Shown piece after piece: positions 13,713 to 26,999 of a stretch of 64,000 bases of DNA. This DNA comes from Antedon mediterranea (taxonomy: Eukaryota > Animalia > Echinodermata). The DNA lies in NCBI RefSeq assembly GCF_964355755.1, contig NC_092677.1:20048101-20112100 (forward strand), written 5' to 3'. A program made the position numbers and the translations under genes. How positions within the stretch are numbered: position 1 is the stretch's first letter; every line of letters starts with the position of its first letter. The notes below the pieces were generated by a model. The model was not told the origin of the DNA. It saw nothing but the letters and a program-made list of their open reading frames with translations, and did not search any database.

Positions 13713-14058
13713 ATTGTGATGTCTTGCACAGAATCGCGAATATCTCGACTTTCTTGCGCGAAACTACGAAAAACTCAAAAAGTGGGTTACTTTCATTTTG
13801 CTATTACGATTTACATATTGCGATTTGAAAATCTTTCTTGGTACCATTGTAAGGCTAAAATTTTTATGATTATTTTAGTCTAAATTACATATAAATCATA
13901 TCACATACATAGTTTCAATCAGCTTTAACAAAAACGTCGAATTGGGCTAAAAACGCTGGCGGTGGCAGTTTCTAACTGGAAAAACCTCTGGCAGTCAAAT
14001 TGAATAATCAAGTCTATCAGGACTTTTCTATATAGTGACATTAGTGATCATTTGCCCA

Positions 14059-14171
14059 TTTTTAGTCGCGTGGACGCGACTCTATAGTTCACTATGTCGG
14101 TCGGTCGCTCTGTCTGTCGGTCCGGTATCACTATGCGTTTTAGCACGCGACTTATGGCTGTTGGCCTTGTT
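14059..14171 (+). mobile_element. ~110-bp mini-HINE (Helentron-type)
   Basis: TTTTTAGTCGCGTGGACGCGACT palindrome, GTCG/GTCT microsatellite, inverted subTIR ACGCGACT, terminal GGCTGTTGGCC hairpin; inserted in a T-run of the L2. Confidence 0.65.
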
Positions 14172-14908
14172 AACATTACACCCTTATCAAATATACCAAA
14201 CCGTCCCAAAAAATATGTAAGCCCTAATCATACCTACAGAAAATTTAACGAAACAAATATTTCAAACATTAAAAACGATTTGGCAAACATGAATTGGACT
14301 AGTGTTTATGGTACGGATGATCGTAATATTGCTTTACTTTCATTTGAAACTGAATTTAAACGACTGTATGATAAACATTTTCCAATTCAAGAGCAGTCTG
14401 CAGGTAAAAAAAAAAATAAAGACCTGGATGACGGATGAACTCTTAATAAATTCAATAAAGCATAAACAAAAACTTTATTCCAAATTCCTCCGCTATCCCA
14501 ATGACAACAAAATTAATAATTTAAATAATAGAATATAAACAATTCCGTAACTACCTTAACTCTTTAATAAAATTAACAAAACGCGATTATTATGAAAACA
14601 AGTTTAAGCAGCAAAAAGATAATATCAAAGGAACATGGACAATTATAAATAGTTTAATAAAAACGAATGAAAGTAAGCATTTCGAAGAGTCCACTATAAA
14701 TTGCGATGACACAACCCTAATTTACACTGATAAAAATGTAGATTCCCTTTTTAAAATATCAACTGAAAATCTACCCAACATTTTAACATACTTTTCTGCA
14801 AACACACTTTCTGTTAATTTAAAGAAGTGCTGTTGTATGGTGTTCAAAAATTCACAAATACCACTAAATACCAGTACTTTCAAATTAAAAATTAAAGATC
14901 AATTAATA

Positions 14909-17043
14909 ATAATAATAATAATAATATTTATTCGGCAAAAGTTCATAAAGTACATTTTACAATTCATCTTGCCAGGAGCAAGTAATAGGCATGAGCCCAA
15001 ACAGAAAACTGCTCTTACTCCATCATTACTTATAAATACAAAAATAACAAAACTAAGTAGCACAAATTAAGTCAAAATAAAACAAAACAAAGTTATAATG
15101 AGATACACCAATTAAAAATAAGCTGCATTGAATAAACAATATAAACAATTACAACTTAATATTTTGAGATCAAATGTTTGATGAGTTGGGCCTTAAAGTC
15201 TGAAATTGTAGCACATTGTTTAATTTCATTGGGAAGTTGCTCCCATAATCTAGGGAAAATAACAAACGATGAATTTAAAAATGTATTGGTCTTTGCCTTC
15301 CAATGTATTAACCGCCCTTCACACCTCTCACTTGATCTCACAAACTCATTAAAGGATGATGGACAGAGGCCATGCATTATTTTAAAACCTAATGTGAGTC
15401 TATACACTTTAAATATATCTTCAATACTTAAAATATTTAGGGTCTTTAACCTATATAAATATGAAGTGTCCCAATTTCCTTCTTTTCTGTACATAATTAT
15501 TCTAGTGGCCTTTCTCTGAACCCTTTCAAGTCTATACATATGAGATATTTCAGTAGGTGCCCACATACAACAACAGTAAGTCACAACAGGTAGTATTAGT
15601 GCTTTGTAAAGATTTAGCATTGCCATCCAAGACATTGCTTTACTACATCTTGAAACAAAACCAAGAAGTTTGCTTGCCTTACTACAAACATAATCTACAT
15701 GAGAGTGGCATGTTAATTTACTGTTGATATATACACCAAGTAGTTTGAATTCATGGACTCTTTCCGTTGAATCGGAATTGATATCGTAAGCAAATATGAT
15801 GGGATCTTTACACCTGGATAAACTCATTGCTGCACATTTTGATGCATTTAATGGTAGTTTATTTAAAACTGACCATTCATAAATCTTATTTAAATCACTC
15901 TGTAACTTTATACAGTCTTCTAATTCATGAATAGGTCTTGAAATGGTATTGTCATCTGCAAATTGAAAAATTGAAGATTCTATACCATATTCAAGATCAC
16001 TCACATACAATAGAAACAAAAGAGGGCCAAGAACTGACCCCTGGGGTACCCCTGATATTACATTCTTCCAATGCGATATTTCACCTCTATAGATAACTCT
16101 TTGTTTTCTATTTAAAAGAAAATCCTGGATCCATTTATTTAAACCTTTGTTTAAGCCAATATTGTTAAGTTTCTTAATCAGACGATTATGGGGTACTTTA
16201 TCAAAAGCAGATGAAAAATCTAAGAAAATTACATCTACTTGCTTACAATTTTTTGCATCTAAACTTTGAGCCCATGAATGAAACGCCTTAGTGAGTAACA
16301 ATTCAGTACTATAAGCATGTCTAAAACCAAACTGATTATCTGATAATATACTATTAGCCTCTAAGAAATTATTGATTCGGGTACACACAAGTTTCTCCAT
16401 AATTTTACAAACAATTGATGTTAAAGACACAGGTCTGTAACTCTTAAAATCACCTTTAGGTTTTCCATGCTTTTTGAAAACAGGTACAACATTAGCAGTT
16501 TTCCACTGTTTTGGTAAAATGCCTTTTTCTAAAGATAAGTTAAAAAAGTCGCACAACAATCGTGCTAGTTCTGCCCTACAAACCTTTAGAAATATGGGAA
16601 GTAAATTATCAGGTCCTGGAGATTTTGAAACAATTAAATAGTTTAATGCCTGATAAACTTCCATCACATTAAATTTCTCAAGTTCCATATAATGCTGAGG
16701 GATAATATCAGAGTTGCAGAGCAAGTCATCATTACCACCATCATCATTATTACTGAAATTACTAGAAAATTGATCATTAAACAAATTTGCTATCTCTCTA
16801 GCATCTGTTACTATAGCATCATTAATCTTAAAACTTATAACTTGTGAATCTTGTCTAATTGCCCTAATATATGCCCAAAATTGCTTTATATTTGAAGTAG
16901 CCTTATTTGAGATGTCTAGAACATAATTTCTGTGACTACAATATATGGCTTTTTTCAGTTCCTTACTACAACACTTAAATCTATCTGTAGCTTCATTTGT
17001 TTTTAAAATCTTAGCCTTCCTATATAATTTTCTTTTCTTTGTT
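14909..17043 (-). mobile_element. 5'-truncated CR1-group LINE inserted antisense into the L2
   Basis: TSD AATTAATA at 14901-14908 and 17044-17051; (TAT)n tail; RT ORF inside. Confidence 0.85.
15156..16784 (-). CDS. LINE reverse transcriptase (CR1-like ORF2, 5' truncated; frame continues to ~17043)
   Basis: KSPGPD, YRPVSLTS, QFGFR, FLDFSSAFDKV, GVPQGSVLGPLLF, FADD, LERVQRKATR. Confidence 0.9.
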   Translation of the reverse strand: MFNDQFSSNFSNNDDGGNDDLLCNSDIIPQHYMELEKFNVMEVYQALNYLIVSKSPGPDNLLPIFLKVCRAELARLLCDFFNLSLEKGILPKQWKTANVVPVFKKHGKPKGDFKSYRPVSLTSIVCKIMEKLVCTRINNFLEANSILSDNQFGFRHAYSTELLLTKAFHSWAQSLDAKNCKQVDVIFLDFSSAFDKVPHNRLIKKLNNIGLNKGLNKWIQDFLLNRKQRVIYRGEISHWKNVISGVPQGSVLGPLLFLLYVSDLEYGIESSIFQFADDNTISRPIHELEDCIKLQSDLNKIYEWSVLNKLPLNASKCAAMSLSRCKDPIIFAYDINSDSTERVHEFKLLGVYINSKLTCHSHVDYVCSKASKLLGFVSRCSKAMSWMAMLNLYKALILPVVTYCCCMWAPTEISHMYRLERVQRKATRIIMYRKEGNWDTSYLYRLKTLNILSIEDIFKVYRLTLGFKIMHGLCPSSFNEFVRSSERCEGRLIHWKAKTNTFLNSSFVIFPRLWEQLPNEIKQCATISDFKAQLIKHLISKY

Positions 17044-18924
17044 AATTAATAGCTATTGTTGAGAAAACTAAATTTCTTGGTGTTTATCTGGACAGTAAAC
17101 TAAATTGGAAACATCAGATTACTCAAGTCGAAAACAAAATATCCAAAAAGTTCTGGTATCATATATAGATTATCATCTTTCATCCCTCAAAACATTACTC
17201 CGCATTCTTTACTGTTCATTAATCCTCCCTTACCTCACTTACTGTTATATTATTTTATGTATTTATAATACATACCCGTCCTACTTAAACAAACTGTTAT
17301 TGATCCAACAGAAAACCGTAAGATACATAGCAAATGCTCCTCCCTTATCCCATTCAAATCCTTTATTTTCTTCATTTGGTCTTCTTAAAATTCAGGATAT
17401 TAACCATCTTCAACAAAGTGTTTTATTTATTCATGGCTACACTCGATCCTTCCACCACACTTTGATGATTTATTTAGTTTCAATCTTAATTTTCATAACC
17501 ACAAAACTCGGAGCGCAAATCAAATACGTATTCCTTTTTTTTTTAACTACTTCTTTTAAACATAGCATTAAGTTCACTGGTCCTAACCTCTGGGATTGCA
17601 TACCAGTTCCTATAGAAAGTGCTTTGTCAAAGAAGAGTTTTTCTTTTAAATTGAAACGACACCTCTTATCCAGTTATGAGTAATTTATCCTTTCACTTAT
17701 TGTTAGTTTTTATATATTTAGCATTTATCGGTACCCTGAAACTAAAAGTCTTCATTACTGTTTTTGTCCTGTTTCCGGTTCCAGTGTTGTCCTGTTTTTT
17801 TTTTCAGTTTTTATGGGCTGCCTTATACAAGCTTCGCTTTTTTGGAATGTTGCCCCTCTTATTTTAATAATATTTATTGTTAATTTTTATATACTATGAA
17901 AGAGAAGAAGAGAAATGAACTTTGATTGATAACTTCCAGAAAATGTTTTAATCATGAGTATCACTTTTCATTCTGAGGAGCTATAACATTTTGAAATTTA
18001 GGCCTACTGTAATGATGAAAAAAGTGACCAAAGTGTTTTTGATCATGATGACGCCATTAAAATTGTAAAAATGGTAAATCATGCGAAAGATAATTGATTG
18101 ACCTAGACAGCACCAAAATATGGGGGGGGGGGGGGGAGAGAATGGAATACGGATAAATGGAGTTGCGCTCTATTAAATGTGATGACCTATGACGAAAGAG
18201 ACAAAAATCCTATATTTTATATTCGAGTGGCCATACGATGACGTCACAATGTCCGGTTAGCCATATTAATGCATTACAAATATGTAATAAAAAATAAACT
18301 TTACCATGTAGTTTAGAAACTATAATTGTTTAAAAAAGGGCATAATTTGACGAATTTTAAACATTTTCATAAAAAACGCGCGCGAATTGTCCAATTTGAA
18401 GTGCTCGTATGACGTGATTTTAAGTCGAAATTTTTTGAAAATTGGTAAAAATACTAGAAAAGGCTGGAAAAACATAATTTAGGCGAAAAAAGATGTTTTT
18501 TTTGCGCGCGGTAGGTGCGCACCGCGCGCGTACAATTTTGCGATTTTTAAGGTTTGACGTGCACGTGTGTCATTATTTTACATTCATAATTCATTAAAGG
18601 AACTTATCATGAAAGGTATACAGAACAACAATCAAGTGCAAAAACGGTCTTTCTAAGCTGTGTACGATCTGATTACGCAAAAGCGCACGCGCAACGCGTA
18701 ATTTTTTAAAGAATGTGAAATGCTTAAAATGTCCTGGAATGTGTAGAAAGTTGATTAGAAATTGATTTTGAGCATTTTTAACTTTCAAGGCGCGCCTTCG
18801 CGCGAGAATACCAAGGTTCAAAATTTTGCTGATGATACAGGAAGATGACCCTCGACATGAAGCATCCGTGTGTCCAAGTTTCATTTGAAAAAGTCTGTTA
18901 GTTTTGAATTTATAGTCATATTAA

Positions 18925-21900
18925 GAGCCATTGTCTGTAAGAATCAGAGAAATATCAAAAAGAGTGGCAGACTCAAAAAAATGGATTTCTTTCAAATTTT
19001 GCACATGGCTATATATGTGTTGAGAGAAATCAAATATGAAGTATTTTTTATTTCACACGTATATTTCCATGGCAACGGCCAAATTTGTGTTTTTGACAAA
19101 TTTTGTCCTTTTTTAAGGTTTTTTAAAATGGATATTGGTACTACTTTGATGAACGATATTTTTGTGTTGTTCATTTAATTATAAAAAATAATTAGTGTAT
19201 GCATAATAACAATGCATTGTGTACCTGTTTCAAATTTTTTTATTTTTTTTTATTTCATACTTTTGGAGATACCATTTATTTAAAAAGGGGTGTTTTTCAC
19301 TTTTTTTAAATTGTTCAATGCAACTAAACTTTACTTCACCATAACGCCCAAAGTGGTGTATTTTTTTAGCTGATTTATTACAAATAGGTAGTTCTAATGT
19401 TTAATAATTGATTTCTAAAATAAAATACTGGGGTAAATTTAAAATCTACAAGCAGTGTTGCGAGAAACATAGGCATTTTTATAAAAAAAAAACATGGTAT
19501 ATTAGTAAAAACATTTTATTTTCTTTGATTATTTGATTTGAAACTCATTGGTCAGAAAAATTCTTAATGTTTGATATAGTTCTAGTTGTGTTGTGAGAAA
19601 AAAATTTATTTTTTAATTATAGATTCTGTAATTCCCAGTTTTAATGTCATTTTATAGGTTATATCCTCTGGAAATTTGAATAAATTATCAGATCGTTGTG
19701 AATTTTAATCTTTGCAACAGATTACTCCTCTCTTATTTTGAAGCTCCTCTTTCATTTGTTTACTTCTTTTATTTGCTAACCTAAGCAGATCCCACATGCC
19801 CATCCACCACCACTTTCGACTACCACCCCCCCCCCCCACCCCGACTATAACCACAAAAAGATAAACTGCAACACTTTGGTCGATCATCCACTATAGAGTG
19901 TCAAATGCATGCATTCAAGCACCACCCACACTGCCGCTACCATCGCCCCAAAGAATAGACGGATTCCAACTCCTCCATCCCACTCCATCCCACCCTCCCC
20001 TTTCTCCAAGCCCCCACCCACCCCAAGTTAAAAATTGCAATGCAAAAGATAGGACATAAAGTTAAGTTTTTAGACCCTCGCCTTCAACCACCTAACTATT
20101 TAAAAGTCCTGGATCCACCACTTTCCCCTCCCCAAAATAGAACCAATCAAAAGTCAATGATATACTCAGGTATGTTAATTTCATTTCATTTAAGGTCAGC
20201 ATGTAAAATATCACACTTTATTATTAAATATTGGTTTTAAATTCTATATTTTTTTTAATGTGATGGTTGGATTCAGTATTAATTATTAATTAATAATTAT
20301 CTGATAATTATTTAATTTCTCTTAGTTATGCATAGCAACAGTTACTATGGTAACTAAAAATGAGATATTCTTTAGATTTTGCATATTTATCTCATACAAA
20401 TTTAAATTTGTAGATTATTAGCAGGCATGCCTTATTTGCATTTTCAAATTACCGTTTCACAAGGTCATATTCGTAAGCACTTTCTTCTGTGATTATTTTT
20501 ATTCATGAAAACCCCATATTTTATTTACAGCGGCCACCTCCCTTAACGGACGCACTTTGAAAAGCCTGTTTGTTCTTCCTATCTAATTAGTGCATTTGGT
20601 GCTTACCGTAAGCTAAAAATGAGATTTTTTGTAAGCGGCCAATCGAAAAATGTGATACTTATTGCATGGACCTATGAATTAGAGGTGCATGTTTATTGTA
20701 TTTCTTTATATATTAGCTTTATTTTGAAGAGGTTTTAAAAACATTACTGTGAAGAGATGAGAAAACTACACAGATTTTGACCGACCATTTTTCATATGAT
20801 AAAAGTTTTTAAAATTTTTCTGAAAATGCTAAAAAATACTAAACCACCTGATTATAAATAATAATAGGCCTACAATTAGCTGGAAAATTGAGACGCTCGT
20901 TTCGTTAAGAATATCGTATATAGCTATAATAAGTGATTTTGGCCCTTTATCGGCAGAACCTCCCGTAAGGGGTCACCGCCCGTAAGCGGCCACTTTTCCA
21001 GGTCCCGAGGGTGGCCGCTTACGGGAGGTTCAACTGTATTTAAAAAAACAATTATCCTTAGTTACGCATAGAAACAGGTTCTAAGATAACATAAATAATA
21101 CATTTTGACATAATGACCCAACAAATGACCCTTTCACAAGGTCACACATTTTCTGGGATTCAGTAGATAAGTAAATTTGGGAAAAGGTAGTAAAGCTATG
21201 TAATCAATTGTTTGTAGTCATGAAACCCCATATTAAAAATATTGTACTTAGTTACGTATAGAAACAGTTGCTACAATACACTATAGGTAAAATGTTGATG
21301 TCATTTGACCTCAATATGTAAAATTTTTTTTTTTCATGAAACTCCATATTTAATTTTTTTTTTTAATATCATTTGTTACGTAAACAGGTTTAAGATAACA
21401 CTAAACGCTTTTTTACCTTTATTCAGATTCGTCAAGACTTTCTTTCTGAGATTATTAGGATTCAGTGTTTAAAGTAAATTTGGCAAAAAGTAGAAATGTA
21501 AAACTATGTAGAAAAAATGTTTTGTATTTATGAAAAACCCCTTATTTTTTTTAAATTTTCGCATAGAAACAGTTACTATGGTAAAATGTTGACCTCAAAA
21601 TGAATGAATTTACAAGGTCAAGTTTGTCATTAATGGAATGCAGTAGAAGTCAAATTGAGAAAAATTACAAATGCAATCAATTCTTTGTATTTATAAAAAC
21701 GCCATTTTTTTACGTTTTTTTAAAAATTACTTTCCTTAGTTACACATAGAAATGGTTGCCAAGGTAACACTATAGGTAAAATATGAAAATTGTTGAGAAT
21801 TGTTATGAACTATCTTGTAAATTTTGATCAAACATTAATAGTTGTAGTAAAGTGGGGACCTGTCCTGTTTTGCATTCTGACCCCTTTTGACCTCAAATGA

Positions 21901-22755
21901 CCTATTTACAAGGTCAGATTTTTTGGGAGGTCTTTCTGTATCTCTTTACACAAAATAGATTTAACAATTTATAAAAACCATTGACTCAATTATTTTCAAG
22001 TTTAACATTATTTTCCATCAACTAAATATTTTAATGCAAAATACTGTTTTTCTGGCAATTAATTGAAATAAACCTGGCAACACATTCTCCTATTTTATCT
22101 AAACTATTCGTATGACTCTAGTAGCATTATGACAAGCCATATATACATTTTATTATTGGATTAGCCATATTTAAATTGTGTTTCATGTGTTTTGTTTGTT
22201 GATATTTTGTTATATTTTTTGTATTTTTCGTATTTTCCTGGCAACACAAAACCTATGTACGAAATTTACCCCAGTGTTTTTTTTGTGATTATTGTTGAAA
22301 AACCTATTGACTATCAAATTAAAAAATCTCATTGATTTAAAAACACCACTTTGGAAGTTATAGGTACGTTTATGAGGTATACTTTTATAAAAAAAATATT
22401 TTTTAAAAACACCCCTTTTTAAAATAATGGTATCAACCAAACTCCATTTTGTAATTTATTTTTTTTCTACATTAAATGGAACTCAATACATGTTGTTTAC
22501 ACTGCTATAAACAAAAACTGTATACTGTAAGTATTTTTGGTTAGAATAAGTATACAAGTTTGTACTTTTTCACTATAGAAAATCTTTGAAAAATGGCAAA
22601 AACATCAAAATTTGGATAATTGACCGTTGTCATGGCAACGGAGGCTAATTTGTAGATATGCTTTTTATTGAAATGTCTATTCATGGTAAAAATTTGAGAG
22701 AAATCCATTTTTTTACATCTGCCACCAAATCTTTGATTTTTACAGACAATGGCTC
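18925..22755. mobile_element. Kolobok-like non-autonomous DNA transposon with long imperfect TIRs
   Basis: TTAA|GAGCCATTGTCTGTAA...TTACAGACAATGGCTC|TTAA (TSD 18921-18924, 22756-22759); inverted similarity extends several hundred bp; host HINE continues across it. Confidence 0.7.
20527..21036. mobile_element. Tc1/mariner (pogo/Tigger-like) MITE remnant
   Basis: Right end ..GGTGGCCGCTTACGGGAGGTTCAACTG|TA with repeated TAAGCGGCC subterminal motifs; left end degenerate. Confidence 0.55.
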
Positions 22756-23211
22756 TTAAGAATTTCAGAAAATCGCGCGTAGTTACGCTACGCGACCATA
22801 TTTTCATTAAACCAAAGTTTGTTGCACGACTACATATATACGTGCATCTGCTGGCCAAGTTACAACATAACTGCTACCGCCGTTTTTTAGATCTGCTGCG
22901 AACAAAAAATGAGCATAAAAAATGAAATTATTGACAATATAACAATAGGCTATCGCACAGAGTTTTTTAGGCTATCGCTCTCTATCGCTCTACAGAGAGC
23001 GATAGCCTAAAAAACTACACACAGTATATCAAATACCAGTATAAGTAATGACAATAGGAGTAACTGACGGTCTACCACACTGTAGATACAATAATTATCC
23101 ACTGTAAATGGAATCGACGGGCAATTTTACAAGGTACCGGTTGGGCGGACACAAACTCCCTAGTAGACATACCGCATGGCGGACAGTCTGCAACAACATG
23201 CAATTGGTATC

Positions 23212-23370
23212 TGGTGGTGTTTAGTAGGACCAGTCATAATACACGAATGTCGTGGGTTCGATTCCCACGCTGGTAGGAACGTTCCAAGGTGGAATAGAGT
23301 TAAAGCTATGCGAGCTACTGTGTTTGGGGTTCAATGATGATGTGGTGGAAACGACCCCAAGAGAGAGGGA
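23212..23370 (+). repeat. Possible tRNA-derived SINE head
   Basis: A-box-like TGGTGTTTAGTAGG and B-box GGGTTCGATTCCC. Confidence 0.35.
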
Positions 23371-23419
23371 GTGACGTTTCATGAGGGGTCCCCAACTTAT
23401 GTACGAAAAAAAAAATCGC
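23371..23419. repeat. Isolated terminal fragment of MITE M1
   Basis: GTGACGTTTCATGAGGGGTCCCCAACTTATGTACGAAAAAAAAAATCGC matches the M1 TIR end. Confidence 0.8.
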
Positions 23420-23428
23420 GCCCCGCCA

Positions 23429-24324
23429 GCGATTTTTTTTTCGTACATAAGTTGGGGACCCCCTCATGAAACGTCACAAAATAAACATGAATAATTCATC
23501 AGTTAAATTTTCTTGTTCCGTGTGCACCCAAGCGTATAGCAACAAGAAGTGATTGCACAACTGCGATACGATACTTTTACAGTAGGCCTAGGATTCTAAG
23601 TCAATTCACGTGATTGCCTTCGCGCACTCTTCTTCACACACAAACACCACTATGCAAAATGTGTCGAGTCGAGGCTAATCGACAGCTAGGCAAGACATTA
23701 CAATAAGTAGTAATTCATTGGACATAGCCCAAAGAAAGCTTAGACCCACAAGAATAAAGAATGTGTATAATTTGTGTACTGTATTTTTTTAATTCTGCTA
23801 TTTTATTATCAAACAATATGCATGTAATCAAAGGAACTTTAAAAATGCGCGTATATGAACACATGAGATGGGAAGATTAGACCCACGAGAATAAAAAATG
23901 TATTTTTGTGTAATGTTTATTGTTTAATTTTGCTGACTCTAACACACACGTCACACACACCAACACAGCTACTACTAGAATAGACATGGGTTTAGAGAAT
24001 AGTAATTAGGCCTAATAGTATCAATAGAAACTATAATTTTAACACGTAATTCTTTAGTAATAAATTATATTAAACACACCATAAACTAAAGGCTGATTAT
24101 TTCGACAATCCACACAAAACGCCGCTATTCTATTATTATATCGCACGCGGCAACCACAGCGGAGATAGGCCTAGAATCGTATCGCAGTTGTGTCGTGTAA
24201 TCACTTCGTGTTGCTATACGCTTGGGTGCACACGGAACAAGAAAATTTAACTGATGAATTATTCATGTTTATTTTATGACGTTTCATTAAGGGGTCCCCA
24301 ACTTATGTACGAAAAAAAAATCGC
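23429..24324. mobile_element. MITE M1 copy 2 (inverted relative to copy 1)
   Basis: Both TIRs present; interior is the reverse complement of 3011-3931. Confidence 0.9.
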
Positions 24325-24346
24325 CACCCGGACGCGCCTCCCGGAC

Positions 24347-25314
24347 GCGATTTTTTTTTTCGTACATAAGTTGGGGACCCCCTCATGAAACGTCACAAAA
24401 TAAACATGAATAATTCATCAGTTAAATTTTCTTGTTCCGTGTGCACCCAAGCGTATAGCAACAAGAAGTGAGCACACAAGTGCGGTACGATTCTAGGCCT
24501 ATCTCCGCTGTTGTTGCGGCGTGCGATTTCATAGAAGATAGCGGCGTTTTGTGTGGATTGTCGAAATAATCAGCCTTTAGTTTATGGTGTTTTTAATATA
24601 ATTTATTACTAAAGAATTACGTGTTAAAATTATAGTTTCTATTAATACTATTAGGCCTAATTATTAGTCTCTAAACCCATGTGTGTCTATTCTAGTAGTA
24701 GCTGTGTGGGGGTGTGTGTGACGCGTGTGTGTTAGGTATGACCAAAGATAGTTATCTTTGGTATGACACAATCCGAGTAATAAGTCAGCAAAATTAAACA
24801 ATAAACATTACACAAAAATACATTTTTTATTCTCGTGGGTCAAATCTTCCCATCTCATGTGTTCATATACGGGCATTTTTAAAGTTCCTTTGAGTACATG
24901 CATATTGTTTGATAATAAAATAGCAGAATTAAAAAAATACAGTACACAAATTATATACACATTCTTTATTCTTGTGGCTCTCAGCTTTCTTTGGGCTATG
25001 TCCAATGAATTACTACTTAGTTTAATCATGGAGGTATAAAAATATACCTCCATGGTTTAATGTCTTGCCTAGCTGTCGATTAGCCTCGACTCGACACATT
25101 TTGTGTGAAGAAGAGTGCGCGAAGGCAATCACGTGAATTGACTTATAATCCTAGGCCTACTGTAGAAAGTATCGTATCGCAGTTGTGTAATCACTTCTTG
25201 TTGCTATACGCTTGGGTGCACACGGAACAACAAATTTAACTGATGAATTATTCATGTTTATTTTGTGACGTTTCATGAGGGGGTCCCCAACTTATGTACG
25301 AAAAAAAAAATCGC
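24347..25314. mobile_element. MITE M1 copy 3 (same orientation as copy 1)
   Basis: Both TIRs present; copies 2+3 are jointly flanked by GCCCCGCCA (23420-23428, 25315-25323). Confidence 0.9.
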
Positions 25315-25369
25315 GCCCCGCCAGGTCCCCTTTTAATGACACCCCTAGGTGGTCGGAAAGGATGCTAGT

Positions 25370-25525
25370 CAAGTGGCCCCTTACAAAGTCGCCCCACCAC
25401 AAAGTCGCCCCATCGCAAAGTCGCCCCTACACAGTCGCCCCATCGCAAAGTCGCCCAATCGCAAAGTCGCCCCAACGCAAAGTCGCCCCAACACGAAGTC
25501 GCCCTATCGCAAAGTCGCCCCAAAC
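25370..25525 (+). repeat. Subterminal ~17-bp tandem array (GCAAAGTCGCCCCATC)
   Basis: Visible directly; inverted partner at 44783-44972. Confidence 0.9.
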
Positions 25526-26489
25526 GTTAAAATAGTTCGTAAAATGTCGTCACAATGACACACAAAATAACACGGAACGTGTAAGCATAAAAGGGGAAGC
25601 CCCGCCATGTAGTCTCATGAATATTTATTATTATTATATTAACAATTGATTTTTTTTTACAGATTTATGAGAAAGATATGTGCCTTAAAAAATGACAATT
25701 TGTAAAAATAGTTTAAGATTATAGTATTATTCGGCCATAATGTCATTTAACAGTACATACTTATTTAAACGTGAAATATATTTTATAGGGAACGTAGGCT
25801 ACGTCTGTGTCTTTATTTTATTACAACAAATTACGTAAAACAATTTATTTATAAACATTCAGTTTACTATTAGTATTAATATATTACACTGAACATTTGA
25901 TTAAGCCTGGAAATGCAATCCCATCATTATCCATTATAAATTGCATCATATCACCACTATATGTCGTAAATGATGACGTCCGTGTACGTATTATTCCGTG
26001 CCTCTTCACTGTCTTGTTTAATTTAAAACACCCGATATGAGGATATTTATTAGGTATGATAATTAGAAGTCTATAACCAAAAGGGTTGAAAGGAATTTTT
26101 TCAGTAAAATGATCATTGTGCTGTTGATTAAAAGGCGACTCACAATCTGAAACCAATCTGTTTCCTCACAGCTGCTACGTTTTTCTGCTGACCGTCGGGG
26201 ATTCCCCTTTTTAAAAGACACGCACACGTACGATACTACCGTACGATGGTTTTCCATGGTCAAAATGTAGAGTTTTAATTTTACTAAAATACCTGCATGT
26301 AAAACGATCATATCGGCGATGAAATCCTTTTTTTTAGTATTTTTTATTTCTTCATTTTGAAAAGTCATAATAAAATTAAATAATAATATGATAATAATAT
26401 AACTTGTCAATAAATGCAAAATGATCAATAGCCTAATTAAACACTCATTGTCTACAACGCTGTTTGTTTTAACTAATCTAGGCCTATAC

Positions 26490-26945
26490 AATTCAATTCA
26501 ATACAACTTTTATTTCAGACAATTGTCCATATGGTATAGGCCTAATACATTGCAAAGAAAAACAAAGATGGAGAGAGGATCAAAACTTTTATCTATTGGT
26601 ATATTATGCCTCTCTCCATTTGTAGTACATGTTTGAATCCGTCAAAAATAAAAATATACAAATTAACATTCTGTTTTCGCTTTTCATTATTCTTGTAAGA
26701 AATCGGTAAGTCGAAATCCTCAAATATTCATAAAATGTTGGAATATTGTTTTCCACAAACAAATTCCTCGCACTAATAAATCTGGGTTGTCCCAACAACC
26801 TCCGGAAAGCATCATTATAACAAACTTTAAGTCGGTTGATATCTTTAAAAAAATTATTAGACCATAAAGGAGAACAGTAGGCCTACATGTTAATACAATA
26901 TGATCTGAACAAAAAACATTTGATTGATTTGGAGCAGTAATACGA
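26490..26945 (-). mobile_element. 3' fragment of a CR1-group LINE
   Basis: FRSYCINMYCSPLW..RLKVCYNDAFRRLLGQPRFISARNLFVENNIPTF..RIMKSEN, plus a (TGAAT)n-like tail near 26490. Confidence 0.7.
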
Positions 26946-26999
26946 AGGCCTACTACACATTTATACATTTATTAATGACACACATCGAGCCTACGAAAG

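Larger units (their letters stand above)
8544..14002. mobile_element. piggyBac-like non-autonomous element with nested insertions
   Basis: Left TTAA|CACTTTGACTGCC; right GGCAGTCAAATTG; splits the L2 endonuclease; right-hand TTAA degenerate. Confidence 0.55.
8148..17930 (+). mobile_element. Fragmented L2-like LINE (pieces ~8148-8543, 14003-14058, 14172-14908, 17044-17930)
   Basis: APE endonuclease IIVGVIYKAP..YLLGDFNIDLL..RPTRITGTSATLI / SDISDHLPIF; RT remnant DDTTL; C-terminal KTKFLGVYLDSKLNWK..LYCSLILPYLTYC; reading resumes across each insertion; RT core mostly deleted. Confidence 0.75.
17938..23013 (-). mobile_element. HINE family A-like element, continuation and 5' end
   Basis: 17938-18490 duplicates ~7680-8147; homology to 33550-34000; palindromic 5' subTIR TTTTTTAGGCTATCGCTCTC..GAGAGCGATAGCCTAAAAAA at ~22963-23013; split by the Kolobok-like insert. 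Confidence 0.6.

Noticed and set aside
25275-25558. Repetitive ORFs (KVAPSQSRP..), and likewise 44638-45085 and 53025-53358
   Set aside because: These are translations of stop-free TIR arrays.
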